Origin: an uncultured bacterium | GTDB lineage: Bacteria > Hydrothermota > Hydrothermia > B15-G9 > WFZT01 | NCBI GenBank assembly: GCA_964571845.1 | Contig: CAZNDM010000050.1 | Span: 11,676-75,675 of the forward strand | DNA: 64,000 bases | Direction of reading: 5' to 3' | In this document: piece by piece, positions 1 through 10,023 of the stretch | Layout: every line of letters begins with the position of its first letter | How positions within the stretch are numbered: position 1 is the first letter of the stretch | Made by a program: the position numbers and the translations under genes | Notes under the pieces: model-generated | Databases searched by the model: none | Told to the model about the DNA's origin: nothing | The model's input: the letters and a program-made list of their open reading frames with translations, nothing else

Positions 1-86
1 GGTAAGATAGTTGTCGATACACCTGTTGATAAAGTTTGGGAGACTACCAACCCTGTTCTCAGGGATTTTCTCAGGACAGTTGAAAA

Positions 87-860
87 ATGAAAGAGTTAAT
101 AGGCGTTATACATCTTAAACCCCTGCCAGGCTCATGCGGCAGCCGTGAGAAGTTTGATGATATTCTGAACTTTGCTCTTCACGACGCCGAGAATCTCGTT
201 GAAGGTGGGATCAGCCAGGTAATTGTTGAGAACTTTGGAGATGCACCGTTCAGATGCGATTCTGTTGAGCCTCACACCGTGGCTTTTATGACACGGGCTA
301 TTCTGCGTATAAAAGAAGAGTTTCCGGATCTCACAGTCGGTGTCAATGTTTTGCGGAATGATGGGAAAGCTGCTGTCGGGATAGCGGCAGCCACAGATGC
401 CAGATTTGTCAGAATTAATGTCCTTACCTACGCAATGGTTACAGATTGTGGCCTTATAAATGGCAAGGCTCACGAGATTATGAGGTATAAGAAACTTTTG
501 AATCCCGAGATAAAGGTATATGCAGATGTACTTGTCAAACACGCTTACCCCTTAAGTGAGTACAATCCTGTGCAGATCGCAAAGGATACAGCAGAGAGGG
601 GCGGGGCTGATGCGATCATCGTTACAGGTGAGTCCACAGGACAGGAAGTGAATATTGAAATTCTGGAAAAAATAAAGTCCGGACTCAAAAACACAAAAGT
701 CTTCGTCGGTAGTGGAGTAACCGCACAAAATATTAAAAACTATTCCCGGTATGCAGATGGTTTTATTGTTGGAACTTCCATTAAAAAGTATGGCCTTGTT
801 GATAATCCGGTTGATCCGGTGAAGGTGAAAGAACTTGTTGAAATTATCAAAGGAATATAG
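87..860 (+). CDS. BtpA/SgcQ-family TIM-barrel protein (photosystem I biogenesis BtpA-like)
   Basis: 257-aa ORF. The N-terminus 'IGVIHLKPLPGS' and overall pattern match BtpA-family members from memory. Followed 12 bp downstream by purD. Confidence 0.55.
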   Translation: MKELIGVIHLKPLPGSCGSREKFDDILNFALHDAENLVEGGISQVIVENFGDAPFRCDSVEPHTVAFMTRAILRIKEEFPDLTVGVNVLRNDGKAAVGIAAATDARFVRINVLTYAMVTDCGLINGKAHEIMRYKKLLNPEIKVYADVLVKHAYPLSEYNPVQIAKDTAERGGADAIIVTGESTGQEVNIEILEKIKSGLKNTKVFVGSGVTAQNIKNYSRYADGFIVGTSIKKYGLVDNPVDPVKVKELVEIIKGI

Positions 861-872
861 GAGAAGAAAGAT

Positions 873-2552
873 ATGAAGGTCCTCATTGTTGGATCTGGTG
901 GAAGGGAACACGCCCTTGCCTGGAGAGTTAAACAGTCAGGCGCAACGGTTTATGTTGCTCCGGGAAATGGTGGAACCGCACTGATTGCCTCCAATGTGGA
1001 CATTCCGGCACACGAAGTGGAAAGGATTGCTGAATTTGCTAAAGCCAATGGGATAGATCTCACCATCGCTGGTCCCGAGCTTCCCATTAGTCTTGGCATC
1101 TATGATGAATTTGCCCGCAGGGGACTTAAGATCCTTGCACCGTCGAGAAGTGCATCAAGACTCGAGGCTTCGAAAATATTTGCGAAAAACTTTATGAAAA
1201 AATACGGTGTGCCAACAGCCCCATACAGAACTTTTACGGATTTTAATGAGGCGAAAAATTACGTTAGCGAGATCCAGGAATTTCCCCTCGTTATAAAAGC
1301 CGACGGACTTGCCGCAGGAAAGGGTGTTGTAATCGTGAAAGACCGGGATAGTGCGGTGGAAACCCTCAAAAGTTTTATGGTTGACGGCAGGTTTGGAGAT
1401 GCCTCCCGAAAGGTTGTCGTTGAAAAATTTCTCGAGGGGCAGGAGTTTTCTATTTTTGTTTTAACTGACGGAGAGAACAGTGTTTATGTTGGTGGAGCCT
1501 GCGATTACAAAAAGTTACTCGAGGAAGACAGGGGACCGAATACCGGTGGAATGGGGTCAGTGGCTCCCATACCGTTTCTCGATGGCGAAAAACTGAAGAG
1601 GGTGGAGGACGAGATCATCAGTCCCACACTCGAAGGTATCAGAGCGGAGGGGATGGTTTACAGAGGATTCCTTTACTTCGGTTTAATATGGACAGAGGAT
1701 GGGCCTTTTGTGCTGGAGTACAATGTGAGACTTGGTGATCCGGAGACCCAGGCAATATTACCGATTTTCGAGGGTGATTTTCTTGATCTTGTCGTAAGAA
1801 CCGTCGATGGGAATCTGAAGGGAGTTAGTGTGCCGGAGCCAGAGAAGAAGGCGGTTACCGTTATCGCCGCTTCACTTGGTTATCCCCTGAGTTATCAGAA
1901 GGGCAAAGAGATAACTGGAATTTCCGGTGATTACCTGATTTTTCACGCAGGGACAGTTTTGAAAGACGGTAAATTTTACACAAGTGGTGGAAGGGTGCTG
2001 GGGGTAACAGGGGTTGGTCAGACCTTTGAGGAGGCTGCAGCAAAGGCATATGAGGGAATTGAGAAAATTCACTTTGAGGGAATTTTTTACAGAAGAGACA
2101 TTGGGGAGAAGTGGTTTAAGAAAATTCTTATAGTGGCGGGGAGTGAATCAGACAGGGAATTTGTAGGTTATGGGACCGAAATCCTGGACAGGCTGGGAAT
2201 CCCATACGAGTTCAGGATTATTTCGGCACATAGAAATTTACCGGAACTGATGGAGTTTATTAAAAATTTAAGGGGTTACGAGGTTATCATTGCGGTTGCA
2301 GGGCTTGCTGCCCATCTGCCGGGGGTAATTGCCGGACTTACCAAATTACCCGTAATCGGTGTTCCGAGAGATACAGGTCCGCTGAACGGACAGGATGCTC
2401 TTTATTCTATGGTTCAGATGCCCAGGGGTGTCCCTGTAGCAACGATGGCAATAGGTAAGCATGGAATGATTAATGCTGTTCTGTATGCCTTAAGAATTCT
2501 CGCAACCCGTTATTCCTGGGCTGCAGAAGCCCTCAAAAACTGGAAGAGATGA
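873..2552 (+). CDS. purD: Bifunctional phosphoribosylamine-glycine ligase (PurD) fused to N5-CAIR mutase (PurE)
   Basis: N-terminal ~425 aa match PurD ('MKVLIVGSGGREHALAW', ATP-grasp, C-terminal 'FYRRDIG'). This runs directly into a PurE-like domain ('ILIVAGSESDREF...GLAAHLPGVIAGLTKLPVIGVP'). One continuous 559-aa ORF. Confidence 0.85.
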   Translation: MKVLIVGSGGREHALAWRVKQSGATVYVAPGNGGTALIASNVDIPAHEVERIAEFAKANGIDLTIAGPELPISLGIYDEFARRGLKILAPSRSASRLEASKIFAKNFMKKYGVPTAPYRTFTDFNEAKNYVSEIQEFPLVIKADGLAAGKGVVIVKDRDSAVETLKSFMVDGRFGDASRKVVVEKFLEGQEFSIFVLTDGENSVYVGGACDYKKLLEEDRGPNTGGMGSVAPIPFLDGEKLKRVEDEIISPTLEGIRAEGMVYRGFLYFGLIWTEDGPFVLEYNVRLGDPETQAILPIFEGDFLDLVVRTVDGNLKGVSVPEPEKKAVTVIAASLGYPLSYQKGKEITGISGDYLIFHAGTVLKDGKFYTSGGRVLGVTGVGQTFEEAAAKAYEGIEKIHFEGIFYRRDIGEKWFKKILIVAGSESDREFVGYGTEILDRLGIPYEFRIISAHRNLPELMEFIKNLRGYEVIIAVAGLAAHLPGVIAGLTKLPVIGVPRDTGPLNGQDALYSMVQMPRGVPVATMAIGKHGMINAVLYALRILATRYSWAAEALKNWKR

Positions 2553-3448
2553 ATAGCTGGGATGAGGTCAAAAGAAAAATAGAAGAGATAAGGTCAAAAG
2601 GTGGGAAGATCGTCTTTACAAATGGTGTATTTGACATTCTTCACAGGGGGCATGTGGAATACCTTGAGTATGCCAGATCACTGGGGGATGCACTGGTTGT
2701 AGGAATAAACACTGATGAATCTGTCAGACGGATTAAAGGTCCTGCGAGACCCATAAACACACTCGAGGACAGGATGTTTGTCCTACAGCATCTTGATGTA
2801 GTGGATTTTGTTGTGCCTTTTGAGGAAGATACTCCTTTGAAACTCATCGAATTTATTGAGCCCGACATACTTGTCAAGGGAGCGGATTACGAACTTGATG
2901 AGATCGTGGGGAGAGAGTTTGTGGAAAAAAGAGGCGGCAGAGTTGTGAGAGCACCGCTGAAAGAGGGTTATTCCACCACGAAACTCATCAAAAAAATCGT
3001 TGAAATGTCAAAGGAACTTGGCGTTGACAAGATGGAGCTCAGAACCCCATTTGTAGCTGTTGATGCCATAATTCAGATCTTTGATGGAGAGAAGTTTAAG
3101 GGGATCGTTCTGATCGAGAGGAAGTATCCGCCTTATGGTTTTGCACTTCCTGGTGGCTTTGTGGATTACGGAGAAAGTGTCGAGGAGGCGGTTATCAGGG
3201 AGGCAAAGGAGGAGACAGGACTGGATGTGCGGAATTTAAGGCAGTTTCATGTTTATTCGGATCCATCGAGGGATCCGAGAAGGCACACACTTTCAGTGGT
3301 TTTTACATGTGAAGCAGAAGGCAGGCCAGTTGGAAAGGACGACGCAAGGAGGGCTCATGTATTCAAACTCGAGGAACTTCCCCTCGAAAAGATGGCTTTT
3401 GACCACAAAAAGATTTTGATAGATTTTATAAAACGCAACCCATACTGA
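2549..3448 (+). CDS. D-glycero-beta-D-manno-heptose-1-phosphate adenylyltransferase (HldC/RfaE domain II)-like domain fused to a NUDIX hydrolase domain
   Basis: N-terminal 'NGVFDILHRGHVEYL...FEEDTP...LVKGADY...GYSTTKLIKKI' closely parallels RfaE domain II with an (H/T)xGH motif. The C-terminus has a perfect Nudix box 'GFVDYGESVEEAVIREAKEETGL'. Overlaps the purD-purE stop by 4 bp (ATGA). Confidence 0.75.
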   Translation: MNSWDEVKRKIEEIRSKGGKIVFTNGVFDILHRGHVEYLEYARSLGDALVVGINTDESVRRIKGPARPINTLEDRMFVLQHLDVVDFVVPFEEDTPLKLIEFIEPDILVKGADYELDEIVGREFVEKRGGRVVRAPLKEGYSTTKLIKKIVEMSKELGVDKMELRTPFVAVDAIIQIFDGEKFKGIVLIERKYPPYGFALPGGFVDYGESVEEAVIREAKEETGLDVRNLRQFHVYSDPSRDPRRHTLSVVFTCEAEGRPVGKDDARRAHVFKLEELPLEKMAFDHKKILIDFIKRNPY

Positions 3449-3480
3449 GAACCGCCCTTTTCAGGGCTGTTCTCAGAGCA

Positions 3481-4161
3481 CTATCTACCCACAAAATATC
3501 GCATTTCCTGATCAAGATGATAATCTGGAACGATTGCCGAGCCATCGTATTTGACTTTTACATGAGCAACGATCATCCCTCTAAAGGAAAGCGGAATTAC
3601 CCAGGCTGCTTCAGGTTCTCTGTATTCCGCACCATCCAGTACTTCAAGGTTTTTAATAATTTCAGGTGCTTTTGAGCCGATTGTCTGGAGAGAGACAGTC
3701 ATCGAAAACACATGCGGGTTGTAACCCATGGGCAGAACAGTTCCATTGGAGGGATCAAATCTCAGAGCAGCGATGGCAACGCCTTGATAGGTTATGGCAG
3801 CTTTCACCTCAATTTCTCCTCTCGGCGCGCGTGTTGCCCAGACTCCCCCGAACTGGAAGTAGGGCTTCGCTTCGCGCACAGCTTCAATTACGGTATGAAT
3901 GTCGTGGGGCAACTGTGGTATGAAGGTCCCGGGTGGTGTAGCCATACCTGGTGGCGGAACAGGTCCGGGCGGGATTTCTGGACCAGCAGGATGTGCGGGA
4001 ATACCTGGAGGAGTCTTTCCGAATGCCGGAGGTGCTGGTGAGACTGGCGGTGGAGAATCTTGAATACCCCTGTCTGGCTCCTCCGGGGTTTGCCCGTTTG
4101 CCATTTTCACACCGGCAAATACCAGTGGAAGCATCAGAAACAACAAATATAATAGCTTCAT
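3481..4161 (-). CDS. Secreted hypothetical protein with a proline-rich linker
   Basis: Signal peptide 'MKLLYLLFLMLPLVFAG'. Pro-rich low-complexity stretch (PPPVSPAPPAFGKTPPGIPAHPAGPEIPPGPVPPPG) followed by a ~150-aa globular C-terminal domain. Strong AT-rich upstream region. Confidence 0.5.
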   Translation of the reverse strand: MKLLYLLFLMLPLVFAGVKMANGQTPEEPDRGIQDSPPPVSPAPPAFGKTPPGIPAHPAGPEIPPGPVPPPGMATPPGTFIPQLPHDIHTVIEAVREAKPYFQFGGVWATRAPRGEIEVKAAITYQGVAIAALRFDPSNGTVLPMGYNPHVFSMTVSLQTIGSKAPEIIKNLEVLDGAEYREPEAAWVIPLSFRGMIVAHVKVKYDGSAIVPDYHLDQEMRYFVGR

Positions 4162-4617
4162 TTTATCACCTCCTATCTGAATAAATTCTAAAACCGAACA
4201 GGTTTTGTGTCAATCAATTTGAAACTGTGTCTCAAAATCGATTTAAAAGCCATTTTTAACTTGATTTTTCAGGGGTAATCTCATATTCAATGAATATGAT
4301 TACTTTTTGATTTTTGCATGGAGTGTGTGTTCATTACTTTTTATATTTTCGGAATATCAAGGGTTTCGGCTTCCGATCTATTATCGATTTAAATTTTTAT
4401 TTTGTAAAAAATACCGGAGGGATCTAAAAAGTACGGTTTTTTAGTGTAAAATAGATTGAGATGTCGGGAATTAAAATGATGGGTTTGCCTGTTTTTCTGT
4501 TATTTCATCATAGGATCAAATGCGCTGATTCTGGTACACGGTAGCGCCGTTTCATTCGTCTTGGCGGGAGTACTTGACATCGTCTTTTCTTTTCGTTTTG
4601 CGAGAGTATGTAATGTC

Positions 4618-4735
4618 TTCTCCCCTCCCATTTGCGAGGAGATCCACCCACGACCCTCCCGCTTTGCGGGAGGGGATTGAGGGGAGGGTGAAAGGCACCT
4701 TTTGCCCCCTCCTTAATCCTCCACCTCAAGACATC
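4618..4735. repeat. GC-rich palindromic repeat element (family member 1)
   Basis: Perfect hairpin 'ccctcccgc-ttt-gcgggaggg' at 4654..4674. Flanked by 'gggattgagggg' and by 'tgccccctccttaatcctcc', a 20-mer identical to 25411..25430. Possible ~11-bp flanking direct repeats 'gacatcgtctt'/'gacatccgtctt'. Sits in a GC-poor intergenic region. Confidence 0.6.
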
Positions 4736-5088
4736 CGTCTTGTGGGAAAGAAGATTGATAAGTGTCCCCCACATTGCTGGCATATCGTGGAGGAGGACGG
4801 TGAGTGTCCTCCTACCCCGTACTGAACGCTCTGAGAAAGGAAGTTAAAAATTACATGGACCTTTTTACCTCAAAAGAATTTTTTCGAACACCTCCCCTTT
4901 GCTTTTCCATTTTACTACACCCTTTCTTTCATTTTTTCTCCCTACTTTATAGTGGTGGGGAGAGATAACCTTCTTCTTAAATTAACTGCGGGTAGGCGGG
5001 TAAAACTTACATTCCTATTTTTCTCCAGACAATTTTTTCACCTTCCTTTGTATGGCATTATAATAACGGGACAAAAAGGAGGAAAATT

Positions 5089-5577
5089 ATGGGAACAAAG
5101 GGAAGAGAACTTGTTGGAGAACATGCTGATAAGATTATTGAGCTGTTAAACAGGGCTCTATGTGACGAATGGCTCGCCTATTACCAGTACTGGATTGGAT
5201 CAAAAGTTGTTAAGGGACCGATGAAAGATGCGGTTATAGCTGAGCTTATGGAGCACGCCAACGACGAGCTACGACACGCTGACATGCTTGTCGCAAGGAT
5301 TCTGGAGCTCGGTGGTACACCAGTCCTGTCCCCCGAGGAGTGGATGAAACTCACAAATTGCGGGTATGATAGACCAGATGATCCGGTTGTACGGAAAATT
5401 CTTGAGCAGAACATCAAGGGAGAACAGTGTGCTATTGATGTTTACAACAGTCTTTTGAAGTACACAAAAGATGTTGATCCTATCACTTACAACCTTGCTC
5501 TCCAGATATTAACTGATGAAGTTGAGCATGAGGAAGACCTTCAGGCTCTTCTCGAAGACCTTGAAAATATGAGGTGA
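5089..5577 (+). CDS. Ferritin-like diiron protein (bacterioferritin/Dps-like)
   Basis: 162 aa. 'ELLNRALCDEWLAYYQYW...ELMEHANDELRHADMLVARILELGG' parallels bacterioferritin helix A/B iron-ligand spacing. Strong RBS 'aaaaggagg' 7 nt upstream of the ATG. Its stop abuts the carB stop. Confidence 0.6.
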   Translation: MGTKGRELVGEHADKIIELLNRALCDEWLAYYQYWIGSKVVKGPMKDAVIAELMEHANDELRHADMLVARILELGGTPVLSPEEWMKLTNCGYDRPDDPVVRKILEQNIKGEQCAIDVYNSLLKYTKDVDPITYNLALQILTDEVEHEEDLQALLEDLENMR

Positions 5578-8500
5578 TCAGCCGGAAACTTCTTTAAGGG
5601 AGTAAACATCGGTTTTAATTCTTTCTACGATTGATTTTACAGCGAATTTAGCCGCGTTGATGGATGTGTAGCCGGGAATATTGTAGAGAAATGCAGCGCG
5701 TCTGATCCTTACAGAATCGAGATATGCTCTCTTGCCCGACGGGATGTTGATTACCATTACCACCTCGCCCTTTTTCATTCTGCCCACAACCCCTTCACTT
5801 CCTTCGCTGAGTTTTCCCACACTTTCCACCTTTATGCCATGTTTTTCAAGATATTTTGCCGTGCCTTCGGTGGCAATGATTTCAAGTCCAGCTTCTTTTA
5901 ATTTCTCAGCGATGTCGAGTATCCTCGGCTTGGCAGAGTCTCTAACACTGATAAATACCTTTCCTCCTTTATCGGGCAGGCTGAATCCAGCAGCTATCTG
6001 CGACTTCAAAAAAGCTTCACCGGGAGTTTTTCCGACTCCCATGACCTCACCGGTTGATCTCATCTCCGGTCCGAGTATGGGGTCAACTCCTGGAAACTTG
6101 TTGAATGAAAAGACAGCCTCTTTTACCGCATAGAATCCGTGGTTGTTGTTCTTTAACCCGAATTCTTTCAATTTTCTGCCGAGCATCACTTTGGTCGCAA
6201 CTTTTGCAAGTGGCACCCCCGTAGCTTTAGAAATAAACGGCACTGTTCTTGAAGCCCTTGGATTTACTTCTATAACATAAACTTCCCCCTCTCTGATCGC
6301 ATACTGGACATTCATGATCCCCTTTATGTTTAGTTCACGGGCAATCCTGATGGTGATGTCCTCGACCTGTTTTACGATCCCATCGGGTAACATGTAAGGA
6401 GGAAGTATCATCGCAGAGTCTCCTGAATGTATGCCGGCTTCATGTATGTGCTCCAGAATACCTCCAATATAAACATCTTCACCGTCAGAAACAGCGTCAA
6501 CATCGATTTCAAAGGCGTCCATCAGGAATTCGTCAACAAGAAGGGGCCATCCAATAGTTTCGTTTTCAAGGTAATATTCGAGCTCTTTCCGGTCATGGAT
6601 AATCCCCATTGCCCTCCCACCGAGTACATAAGAAGGTCTGACAAGTACCGGGTAACCAATGAATTCAGCCACCTCGAGAGCTTCCACAGGGGTTCTCGCT
6701 ATACCACTTCTGGGTCTTTTCAGCCCGAGCTTGTCCAGGAATTCTTTGAACCTCTCTCTGTCTTCAGCCCTGTCTATAGCATCAAAATCAGTTCCCAGGA
6801 TAGGGACACCATATTTTGCAAGTTTTCTTGCCATATTCAGGGGAGATTGACCACCAAACTGAACGATGACCCCGAGTGGTTTTTCCTTTTCAATGATATT
6901 CATCACGTACTCGAAAGTTACAGGTTCAAAATACAGTCTGTCCGAAGTGTCGTAGTCAGTGGAGACTGTTTCAGGATTGGAATTGACCATGATGCCTTTC
7001 AATCCCTCTTCTTTTATTGCAAGAATACTGTGAACGCATGCATAGTCGAATTCGATACCCTGTCCTATCCTGTTGGGTCCACTTCCAAGAACAATCACGC
7101 TCTTGGAACCGGTTTTTATGTAAAGAGCTGGTTCCTCGTCTTCCTCTTCGTATGTTGAATAGAAGTATGGTGTATAGGCTTCAAATTCGGCTGCGCAGGT
7201 GTCAACGACCTTAAAAACCGGTTTAATCCCGAACTTTTCCCTCTGATTCCTGATAAAGTCTTCTGCTGTTCCGGCAAGTTCGGCTATTCGTTCATCCGAG
7301 AATCCCCATTCTTTCGCCCTTTTTATTATCTCTGGAGTTAAACCTCCTATGCCGAGCCCACGGATTTCGTTTTCAAGTTCTATGATCTCCTTGATCTGAT
7401 GGAGGAAAAATGGATCAATACCTGTGAGTTTGCTGACTTCCTCAACAGTGAATCCGAATCTGAAGGCATCACCGATCACAAAGATGCGTTCTGAATTGGG
7501 TTTTACCAGTTTTTTCACAATAAATTCTTTTGCCTCTTCTATGATATCTCCCCTGAAAAATCCTTTGTTGATAAGGGGTTGAACCACAGATTTCAAACCG
7601 GTCGTGTTAGCTTCCAGTGATGATATTGCTTTCAGGAGAGCTTCCCTGAAATTTCTCCCTATTGCCATAACTTCGCCCACTGACTTCATCTGGGTTGTGA
7701 GTGTGGGATCCACTTCTGGAAATTTCTCAAATGCGAAGCGGGGAATTTTAACGACGACATAGTCAAGGGCTGGCTCAAAAGATGCAGGTGTTTCCTTTGT
7801 TATGTCATTTGGCAATTCGTCGAGTGTGTAGCCAATTGCAAGTTTTGCTGCAATTTTTGCAATAGGAAATCCCGTTGCTTTGGATGCGAGAGCTGATGAT
7901 CGGGAGACACGGGGATTCATCTCGATAACATACATTTCCCCATTATCCGGATTAACAGCAAACTGGATGTTTGAGCCGCCTGTGTCAACGCCGATTTCTC
8001 TGATAATTGCAATGGCGGCATCCCTCATTCTCTGATACTCTTTATCACTCAGGGTTTGCTGAGGAGCAACTGTGATGGAGTCACCTGTGTGTACGCCCAT
8101 GGGGTCCACATTCTCTATTGAACATACAATTACGACATTGTCGTTTCTGTCACGCATCACTTCAAGCTCAAATTCTTTATACCCTGCGACTGATTTTTCG
8201 ATAAGAACTTTGTTAACAGGGCTCATCCTTAGAGCAAGTTCCACAAGAGGTATGAACTCTTCCTCGGTCTTTGCAATATTGCCTCCAGTCCCTCCAAGTG
8301 TGAACGAGGGTCTTATAACCACAGGAAAACCGAGTTTCTGTGCGATTTTTTTCGCCTCTTCCACACTTCCTGCGTAGCCCGATTCAGGTACTCTGAGGCC
8401 GATGTTGTTCATTGCTTCAATGAAAAGTTCACGATCCTCCGCTTTCTTAATGGCATCAATTGAAGCTCCTATTAGTTCAACTCCATATTTTTCCAGAACA

Positions 8501-8817
8501 CCATTCTCGCAGAGGGAAACCGCGAGGTTTAAACCGGTCTGGCCACCAAGAGTGGGAAGAAGTGCGTCCGGTCTCTCTTTTTTTATGATCTTTTCAACAA
8601 ATTCCACTGTTAGAGGCTCAATATACACCGAATCTGCCATGTCGGGATCTGTCATGATGGTTGCGGGATTGGAGTTTATCAAAATTACTCGAATACCTTC
8701 TTCTTTCAGGCTCTTTATCGCCTGTGAGCCTGAATAATCGAACTCAGAAGCCTGACCAATTATGATGGGACCTGAACCTATTATCAGGACAGATTTAATG
8801 TCTTTTCTCTTTGGCAC
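5578..8817 (-). CDS. carB: Carbamoyl-phosphate synthase large subunit
   Basis: 1079 aa with two ATP-grasp halves. N-terminus '[27 protein letters not shown]' is a canonical CarB start. C-terminal MGS-like domain. Confidence 0.95.
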   Translation of the reverse strand: MPKRKDIKSVLIIGSGPIIIGQASEFDYSGSQAIKSLKEEGIRVILINSNPATIMTDPDMADSVYIEPLTVEFVEKIIKKERPDALLPTLGGQTGLNLAVSLCENGVLEKYGVELIGASIDAIKKAEDRELFIEAMNNIGLRVPESGYAGSVEEAKKIAQKLGFPVVIRPSFTLGGTGGNIAKTEEEFIPLVELALRMSPVNKVLIEKSVAGYKEFELEVMRDRNDNVVIVCSIENVDPMGVHTGDSITVAPQQTLSDKEYQRMRDAAIAIIREIGVDTGGSNIQFAVNPDNGEMYVIEMNPRVSRSSALASKATGFPIAKIAAKLAIGYTLDELPNDITKETPASFEPALDYVVVKIPRFAFEKFPEVDPTLTTQMKSVGEVMAIGRNFREALLKAISSLEANTTGLKSVVQPLINKGFFRGDIIEEAKEFIVKKLVKPNSERIFVIGDAFRFGFTVEEVSKLTGIDPFFLHQIKEIIELENEIRGLGIGGLTPEIIKRAKEWGFSDERIAELAGTAEDFIRNQREKFGIKPVFKVVDTCAAEFEAYTPYFYSTYEEEDEEPALYIKTGSKSVIVLGSGPNRIGQGIEFDYACVHSILAIKEEGLKGIMVNSNPETVSTDYDTSDRLYFEPVTFEYVMNIIEKEKPLGVIVQFGGQSPLNMARKLAKYGVPILGTDFDAIDRAEDRERFKEFLDKLGLKRPRSGIARTPVEALEVAEFIGYPVLVRPSYVLGGRAMGIIHDRKELEYYLENETIGWPLLVDEFLMDAFEIDVDAVSDGEDVYIGGILEHIHEAGIHSGDSAMILPPYMLPDGIVKQVEDITIRIARELNIKGIMNVQYAIREGEVYVIEVNPRASRTVPFISKATGVPLAKVATKVMLGRKLKEFGLKNNNHGFYAVKEAVFSFNKFPGVDPILGPEMRSTGEVMGVGKTPGEAFLKSQIAAGFSLPDKGGKVFISVRDSAKPRILDIAEKLKEAGLEIIATEGTAKYLEKHGIKVESVGKLSEGSEGVVGRMKKGEVVMVINIPSGKRAYLDSVRIRRAAFLYNIPGYTSINAAKFAVKSIVERIKTDVYSLKEVSG

Positions 8818-8856
8818 GGTTGCATAATTATAAGGGAGATACGCAAAATTATAGAG

Positions 8857-10023
8857 TTACTGATTCCCGGCTGAGAAAAAGTCTTTAACGATTTTCACAA
8901 TTCTCAAGGCGGCTTTGCCGTCTCCATAGGGGTTTATTGCCTTTGCCATCCTTTCATAGGCTGAGATGTCCTCGAGAAGTCTGGATGCCTCTTCGAATAT
9001 TTTCCGCCTGTCCGTCCCCACAAGCTTTGCGATCCCTGCTTCCACTCCTTCCATTCTCTCTGTAACTTCCCTCATCACAAGCACAGGTTTACCAAATGAA
9101 GGTGCCTCCTCCTGGATGCCCCCGGAATCTGTCAGGACTATGTAGGATTTTTCAAGCAGGTAAATGAGAGTTGGATAATCAACCGGATCGATCAGATGAA
9201 GATTTTCAAGATTCCCCAAAATGTCAAAAACAGGTCTCCTTACATTCGGATTCAGATGCACCGGGTATATGATTTCCACCGTGTCTTTGAATTTCAAAGC
9301 TATGTCTCTTAACGCGTTACACAGGTTTTTAAACGGCTCACCAAAGCTCTCCCTCCTGTGGGCCGTAACCAGAATAAGCTTTTTACCAGACTTGATCTTT
9401 TGTGGTAAACCTTGAGCCACTCTATTCAGGAAATTTTCAATTTCCGAATCCAGCCCCTTTTCTTTTATTATCCTGATTGCCTGAAGGTTGGCATCCACAA
9501 CAGTGTTTCCCGTAACAAAAATTTTTTCATCAGGAGTTCCTTCATTGAGGAGATTTTTTCTTGCTGTCTCAGTGGGTGCAAAGTGGAGATCTGTGAGTCT
9601 TCCTACGAGAACCCTGTTCATTTCCTCTGGAAAGGGAGAGTACTTTTTATGGCTTCTCAGGCCCGCCTCCACATGACCTACCGGGATTTTAAAGTAAAAT
9701 GCAGAAAGGGCACCGGTGAAAGCGGTTGTCGTATCCCCCTGCACGATCAGAAGATCCGGAGAGTATTTTCTCAGCGCTTCTTCGTAACCTCTAACACTGT
9801 CAACTGTGATGTCGAATAGAGTTTGATTTGGTTTCATTATCTTCATGTCGCAGTCTGGCTGGATGTCGAAGAATTTGACCGGCTGGTAGAGCATTTCCTG
9901 ATGCTGTCCTGTGAGACAGACAACGGTCTCAAATGCAGGATCCTCTCTGAATGCCTTAACCACAGGTGCCAGTTTTATAGCCTCGGGTCTTGTGCCGAAT
10001 GTGATAAATATTTTCCTCTTCAT
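8857..10023 (-). CDS. wecB: UDP-N-acetylglucosamine 2-epimerase (non-hydrolysing)
   Basis: 388 aa. 'KIFITFGTRPEAIKLAPVV', 'HVEAGLRS' and 'DSGGIQEEAPSFGKPVLVMREVTER' are hallmark WecB/MnaA motifs. Confidence 0.85.
   Translation of the reverse strand: MKRKIFITFGTRPEAIKLAPVVKAFREDPAFETVVCLTGQHQEMLYQPVKFFDIQPDCDMKIMKPNQTLFDITVDSVRGYEEALRKYSPDLLIVQGDTTTAFTGALSAFYFKIPVGHVEAGLRSHKKYSPFPEEMNRVLVGRLTDLHFAPTETARKNLLNEGTPDEKIFVTGNTVVDANLQAIRIIKEKGLDSEIENFLNRVAQGLPQKIKSGKKLILVTAHRRESFGEPFKNLCNALRDIALKFKDTVEIIYPVHLNPNVRRPVFDILGNLENLHLIDPVDYPTLIYLLEKSYIVLTDSGGIQEEAPSFGKPVLVMREVTERMEGVEAGIAKLVGTDRRKIFEEASRLLEDISAYERMAKAINPYGDGKAALRIVKIVKDFFSAGNQ

Noticed and set aside
4508-4825. Track ORFs 4574..4825 (+) and 4508..4783 (-)
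   Set aside because: They overlap each other on opposite strands exactly over the GC-rich palindromic element, have no RBS, and show low-complexity P/R/G-rich translations.
5732-8737. Multiple plus-strand ORFs nested antisense within carB (e.g. 5732..6133, 6427..7158, 8072..8377, 8402..8737)
   Set aside because: These are antisense to a highly conserved, confidently identified gene, with low-complexity translations (S/P/T-rich).
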